Positions 55,677 through 64,000 of a stretch of DNA of 64,000 nucleotides are shown here, one piece after another (positions within the stretch are counted from its first letter, which is position 1; each line of letters opens with the position of its first letter). The notes beneath the pieces were generated by a model. It saw nothing but the letters and a program-made list of their open reading frames with translations. It was not told the origin of the DNA and made no database searches. The DNA comes from Eledone cirrhosa. Its lineage: Eukaryota. Location of the stretch: assembly GCA_964016885.1 (NCBI GenBank), contig OZ024742.1, positions 280,116,001-280,180,000 of the forward strand, written 5' to 3'. Position numbers and translations under genes: made by a program.

Positions 55677-57244
55677 ACCTGAAACTTTGAATAGAGCCAT
55701 TAAGTTTGCTAAGGATAACTCTGACCTTACAAACGATGAAATTAAGATTATATTAGAAGCTAGGAAAACTATAGTCAAATTTGAGAACAGTTATTGGGTA
55801 CGTAAAGATAGACCCTCTAACTTTGACATAACAATGGGCTCTAACGATTCGGCGGAAATAACTGATATTGTGGGGTTATTTATCGCCTTTAGACTCCAGG
55901 AAAAATTCAGCAATCTCCACGGCGGAATATACCGCGACGATGTTCTCCTCCTAGCTAAAAACCTTAATAACCAAAAACTAGAAAAACTACGCAAAGATAT
56001 AAGAAAACTACTACTCGAAATAGGACTAACTATAACATATGAATACAACCTTAAACTAGTTAACTTCCTGGATGTCACACTCAATTTAAACTCTGGTTTG
56101 ATTAAACCGTTTCATAAATTGAATGAAAATCTCAAATACGTAAATGTTGGGTCTAACCACCCCATCTCTATAATTAAATCTATCCCTAAAAATATTTCCC
56201 TTAGAATCTCGGGTCTATCTTCTAACATACAAGTATTTAAGGAACACGCCGAGTACTACGATAACGCCCTTAGTAAAGCAGGCTACCTCAACAAAATAGA
56301 GTACATAGATGGGAACAATCAAAACACCCAAAATAAATCCCACATAAGTAGATATAATAACACAACACCAAACCACACTTACTACCATAGTATGCACACC
56401 AGTAAACCAACAAACAAAACTAATAGAAAGCGATGCAAAGAGTACTTATGGTATAACCCCGAATACAATAGCTCCATTAGTACAAATTTACCAGTACTCT
56501 TCTTTAAAATAATTAAAAGACATTTTCCCACATCACACAAATACCACAAAATCCTAAACCCTACCACTATAAGACTGTCATACTCTACAGCGTTAAACCT
56601 TGAACAACACATAAAAAAGATCAATACTAGAAGGTTAAACGAAAACACTAAGAACTTAAGTACAAAGAACACAAAAAAAACAGTAGACAATACACTACAG
56701 AACATAAATAAACCACACCTAAGTTCGTCCGCAATACTACTCCAGAGAAAACCCAACGTACACAACTGTAACTGCACCTATCCTGACAACTGCCCCCTCG
56801 GCAATAACTGCCTGGAAAAAAATATTATCTATAAGTGTACCATTAAATCCGGAGGCAACGAGTGGTATTACGTGGGATCAACGGCAACATCGTTTAAATC
56901 TCGATTGTATAGGCATTCTTACTCAATAAAACACCAGAGCCAAAGAAATGTAACAACTTTAGCAGAAAAAGCTTGGACGCTCAGGGATAGCGACCAAAGG
57001 TTTACCCTAAAATGGGAAAAATTAGCTAAAACCCAAAGCTTTTCCAGGAGCCAAAATTTCTGCAAATTGTGTAATCTTGAGATTTATTACCAGGAGCCAA
57101 AATTTCTGCAAATTGTGTAATCTTGAGATTTATTACATAATCACACACAAGAAGAAACTGCTGAATAACAGAATTGAACGAACATTATTCTGCCGTCACA
57201 GAACTAAAACCCTTTTTTCCCACTACAAGCCGAATATTACATAA
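55672..57244 (+). pseudogene. Inverted second copy of PLE RT-EN, broken by a 46-bp tandem duplication
   Basis: Identical to the minus copy except for two substitutions in the translation. 57045-57090 is duplicated at 57091-57136, giving an early stop at 57120. Confidence 0.9.
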
Positions 57245-57565
57245 AAGAGGGACATCCCCCAACTATATAAACCTTAATCTAGTTGGAAAATTATAAAAAC
57301 AATCTCTTCTCAACATATATTAATAACCTTAAATTACCACACTAATAATGGAAAGATATGCTGATGAGAATAGGTACAAATATGAGATAATGAATGTGTC
57401 TAAAAACGTCCATAAGTATGTATATATATGTGAAAATGTATATAAATAAGTAAATATATATATATGTTTGATGTGTATAGTTAGATGTAAGTGTATTCAT
57501 GTATTAAAGTGCTTATATATATGTATATATGTATATATGTGTATATGTATGTATATGTATATATG

Positions 57566-57626
<61 letters not shown>

Positions 57627-58192
57627 GTATGTATATATGTGTATATGGATGTGTAAGTATGTGTATGTGTGTACACATGGACTAGAGTATGTATGTATAT
57701 ATGTGGTGTGTCTATACGTGTGTATATAAAGATAAGTTGAGTATGAAAATGTATACACATGAGCGCGTATGTATGTACATGAATACATGTGTGTATATAT
57801 ATGTGTATGCATGTGTATATATATGTAAGTATGAATATGTGAATTGTGAGTATATGTATTTTGTAGAGGTGTGCAAATATATTTGTGTGTGAATGCGTGG
57901 GTGAAAGGATACGTACACTTGAAAGAAAAATTTAAGTCTGAATGTTAATTAAGTGCAAACACAAAACCAACCACGCATATCTTTACTATCTCTAATCCTT
58001 CTATAGATTTAGAAAAATAACCAATAATATATTCTATAAAAAATGTCAAAACAACAGATGGGAATCTAATTACTCACTGCCACCAAGAATTCTCACTGCT
58101 ATCGAAAAACCACTCCTTCAACTATTCTTCTAACAACTTCACCCCTCCCTCCTAATATTCTCTATAAAAACTAAATAGGTCCTCAGTAATAT

Positions 58193-58308
58193 TATTCTGA
58201 TGAAATGACAGTAAATAATAAACATTGAAATATTGAATGTCTGCATAACTAAAAGTTTGTAGATAGCTGTTTTAGGTTATGTAACTGTTATAGAAACACG
58301 TGTCAATA
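58193..58308 (+). ncRNA. Type I hammerhead ribozyme with large structured stem II insert
   Basis: tatt-CTGATGA-a.atgacagt...actgttat.a-GAAA-cacgtg-TC-aata; palindromic stem III. Confidence 0.82.
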
Positions 58309-58464
58309 CATTCCTTTCAACTAAACTGTATCCATTCAAATCTTTCTATTTTTCTCCGGATTACTTTTGGAACTACAACTGGAACCGTCGAGCAAACTCT
58401 ACGTGAGCTGATAATCTACTGTGTGTAATATTTATATTACAACACAACGGAAAATACTGTATAC

Positions 58465-58500
<36 letters not shown>

Positions 58501-58609
58501 GCATATATATATAGTATACATATATACATATATATATATATATACATATATACATATATATATACATATATATATATATACATATATACATATATATATA
58601 TATACATAT

Positions 58610-58640
<31 letters not shown>

Positions 58641-58644
58641 TCAT

Positions 58645-58695
<51 letters not shown>

Positions 58696-58704
58696 CATAT
58701 ATAC

Positions 58705-58736
<32 letters not shown>

Positions 58737-58769
58737 TATACATATATATATATACATATCTATATATAC

Positions 58770-58800
<31 letters not shown>

Positions 58801-58801
58801 C

Positions 58802-58881
<80 letters not shown>

Positions 58882-58883
58882 CA

Positions 58884-59119
58884 TATTGTTATATTTGGGG
58901 AGGGTCATATTTGCGTAATATTGCCAGAATTAATGACAGAACACACTAAAAAAATATATAGACAGACTGAACAAAACAAAAATGGCGTAGACATACAACA
59001 CAACAGGAAAGTGAGTGTGTTCTGTTATTAATTCTGGCAATATTACGCAAATATGACTCTCCCCAAATATAACAATATCTGTTTCGACACAGGATTTCAT
59101 ATAAAAAACCTCGCAAAAC

Positions 59120-59121
<2 letters not shown>
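58884..59121 (+). mobile_element. Short two-arm insertion related to the 3' end of the 59225-61765 PLE
   Basis: 64-bp inverted arms 58884-58947 and 59014-59077 plus a 44-bp tail. Shares gtgagtgtgtt, atgac.ctccc.aa.tataacaata and aaatggcgtag with 61500-61765. Confidence 0.7.
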
Positions 59122-59199
<78 letters not shown>

Positions 59200-59224
59200 C
59201 ATATATATATACATATATATATAT

Positions 59225-61919
<2,695 letters not shown>

Positions 61920-61920
61920 T

Positions 61921-61973
<53 letters not shown>

Positions 61974-62009
61974 ATACATACATATATATATATATATATA
62001 TATGAATAT

Positions 62010-63978
62010 ATAGGAAAAAGTATGACCCCGACGGCAGAGCCCGAGCCGTTTTGACGGCTATTTCTGGACTAAATTGGAATTTTTAGCCTGGTGAATAAAT
62101 AGCCGAACTTTTCGAGGGGGTACTTCCTTATATGGAAGATTGTGGTTGTCAAGAGGATTGTTTAAAGTTTGTTGTAAACACAAATAAGACTATCATGGCA
62201 TTTGGTGGGAGGTAGGGGAGGCGCAACAGCAGATTCTAAGAATAGAGTATGAAGTGGAGGAGGGAGGTTATAGAATAGGTAAATCGAATGAGAGTAGGAG
62301 ACAATAAAAGATAATAGAAATAAATAAAAAAAAATTATAAAATTAGATAGTGAAAAATGAATAAAAAAAATCACAATGCTATCTTACAATTACATGTTAA
62401 GTTGAGAATAGAAAAAACTTGTAGAAATTCAGTAGTACCAGAACTAATACAGAATTAAAGGGGTTTAACACGTCTGCTATAAGTAGTTACTAAAACGTAT
62501 TCGACCAATTCTATCTTAAGATTACAGGGGTGAGGGAACTGATGCTACAGAGGCTCGATGGGCTGCATCGGGGTAGAGGAAGGGGAAAAGCAGACAAGGA
62601 AGAAAATAGGGGGTGACAGGAAGTGATAGGATGAGACAGGCGGAAGAAGAAGACAAAGAGAAAAAAGAAAAGAAAAGAGATACATCTACCTATGTAAGCT
62701 GGGTTTTCCCCTAACTTACCTCGCCCTTAAACCCCATAACGATCCGGGTCGTTAAAAGGTTTGAAGGCGAGGTAAGTCCTACGCAATCTGTGTTTGCATG
62801 CGGTTACCAGTTCCTCTTTCTTGTTTAGGAGTTGGTCCTTCGAAAACAGCATTTGGAATGTTTCCTCCAAGCATAAGTTACACGGACGGCGTCCTCCCGT
62901 GTAAGAGTTACCTTTGGACAGTAAGCTCCAAGTGAGATTGTAGGTTATATTATTGTCTTGGAGGTCCTAGATGTGGCCCGAAAGTGTAGTGGCTTGTCGC
63001 CGGACCGGGTTTCGGAAAGGAACTGGTAACCGCATGCAAATACAGATTGCGTAGGACTTACCTCGCCATCAAACCTCATAACGACCTGGATGGATATAAT
63101 GGGGCTGATACCCCTACTTGCCGAAAAAGTTAGGGGAAACCCCAGCTTACTTAGGTAGATTTATCTCTTTTCTTTTCTTTTCTTTTCTTTTCCTCTTTGT
63201 CTTCTTCCCCGTCTCATACTATCACTTCCTTCCACCCCCTATTTTCTTCCTCGTCTGCTTTTCCCCTTCGCCTACCTCGATGCAGCCCATCGGGCCTCTG
63301 TAGCATCAGTTCCCCCACCCCTGTAATCTTAAGATAGAATTGGCCGAATACGTTTTACTAACTACTTATAGTAGACGTGTTAGACCCCTTTAATTCTGTA
63401 TCAGTTCTGGTACTACTCAATTTCTACAAGTTTTTTCTATTCTCAACTTATTAACCTGTAATTATAAGATAGCATTGTGATTTTTTTTATTCATTTCTCA
63501 CTATCTAATTTTATATATTTTTTTATTTATTTCTATTATTGTTATTGTCTCCTACTCTCATTCGATTTACCTATTCTATAACCTCCCTCCTCCACTTCAT
63601 ACTCTATTCTTAGAATCTGCTGTATACATATCAGCTTCAACGCTTGACAGCTCCTGTCATTCCCCTATTGTTCTACAGGCAAGTTCCGCCACCCCTACCA
63701 CCCACCAAATGCCATGATAGACTTATTTGTGTTTACAACAAATTTTAACCAATCCTCTTGACAACAACAATCTTCCCAAATAAGGAAGTACCCCCTGGAA
63801 CATTTCAGCTATTTATTCACCAGGCTAAACATTTTAATTTAGTCCACAAATAGCCGTTGAAACGGCTTGAGCTCTACCGTCGGGGTCATACTTTTTCCTA
63901 TTTCCCACTCTACTACCTTAAGTATTGAGCACTCTGGTGCGTTATGGTCCATCTGGTTCTTTACCACATCTCCTTCGT
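62010..63978. mobile_element. Inverted two-arm insertion of PLE family A (parent-length copy)
   Basis: Arms about 62010-62815 and 63018-63901 plus tail to 63978. The spacer on the minus strand translates as RQATTLSGHI*DLQDNNITYNLTWSLLSKG..CNLCLEE..LLNKKEELVTACKHR, a GIY-YIG C-terminus missed by the ORF track. Confidence 0.9.
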
Positions 63979-64000
63979 ATATATATATATATATAATCAT

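Noticed and set aside
55198-55778. Novel N-termini of the 640-aa and 719-aa ORFs
   Set aside because: They are antisense readings of the spacer or opposite arm, fused in frame at the GATATC junction.
63785-63875. Hammerhead in family A (GAAACGG.TC followed by ggagctc)
   Set aside because: The 3' half looks right, but the 5' core reads ctggaac or ctcgaaa in the two arms; it cannot be called without a consensus.

Overview
This is eukaryotic, AT-rich, repeat-dominated DNA with no supportable host gene. An octopus-like (cephalopod) origin is inferred from the tRNA-derived Meta-core SINEs and the dense (TA)n/(CA)n/(TACA)n microsatellites. Most of the supplied ORFs are microsatellite read-through. 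The window holds six Penelope-like retroelements (PLEs, RT + C-terminal GIY-YIG) of at least three types, an RTE LINE, an RTE-X-like fragment, a young CR1/L2-group LINE, a complete Chapaev3-type DNA transposon and many SINEs. The structure the ORF track does not show is an RNA system. About 15 type I hammerhead ribozyme (HHR) motifs sit in about 10 distinct PLE 3'/pseudo-LTR families, including compensatory U3-A8 cores. Two ORF-less direct-repeat units of 516 and 528 nt look like retrozymes (possible circular-RNA producers). About 14 insertions into (TA)n share one asymmetric tail-out inverted architecture. One Neptune-like PLE has two ORFs joined at a U-UUU-UUA slippery site. All folds and alignments were done by eye, so outer boundaries are approximate.
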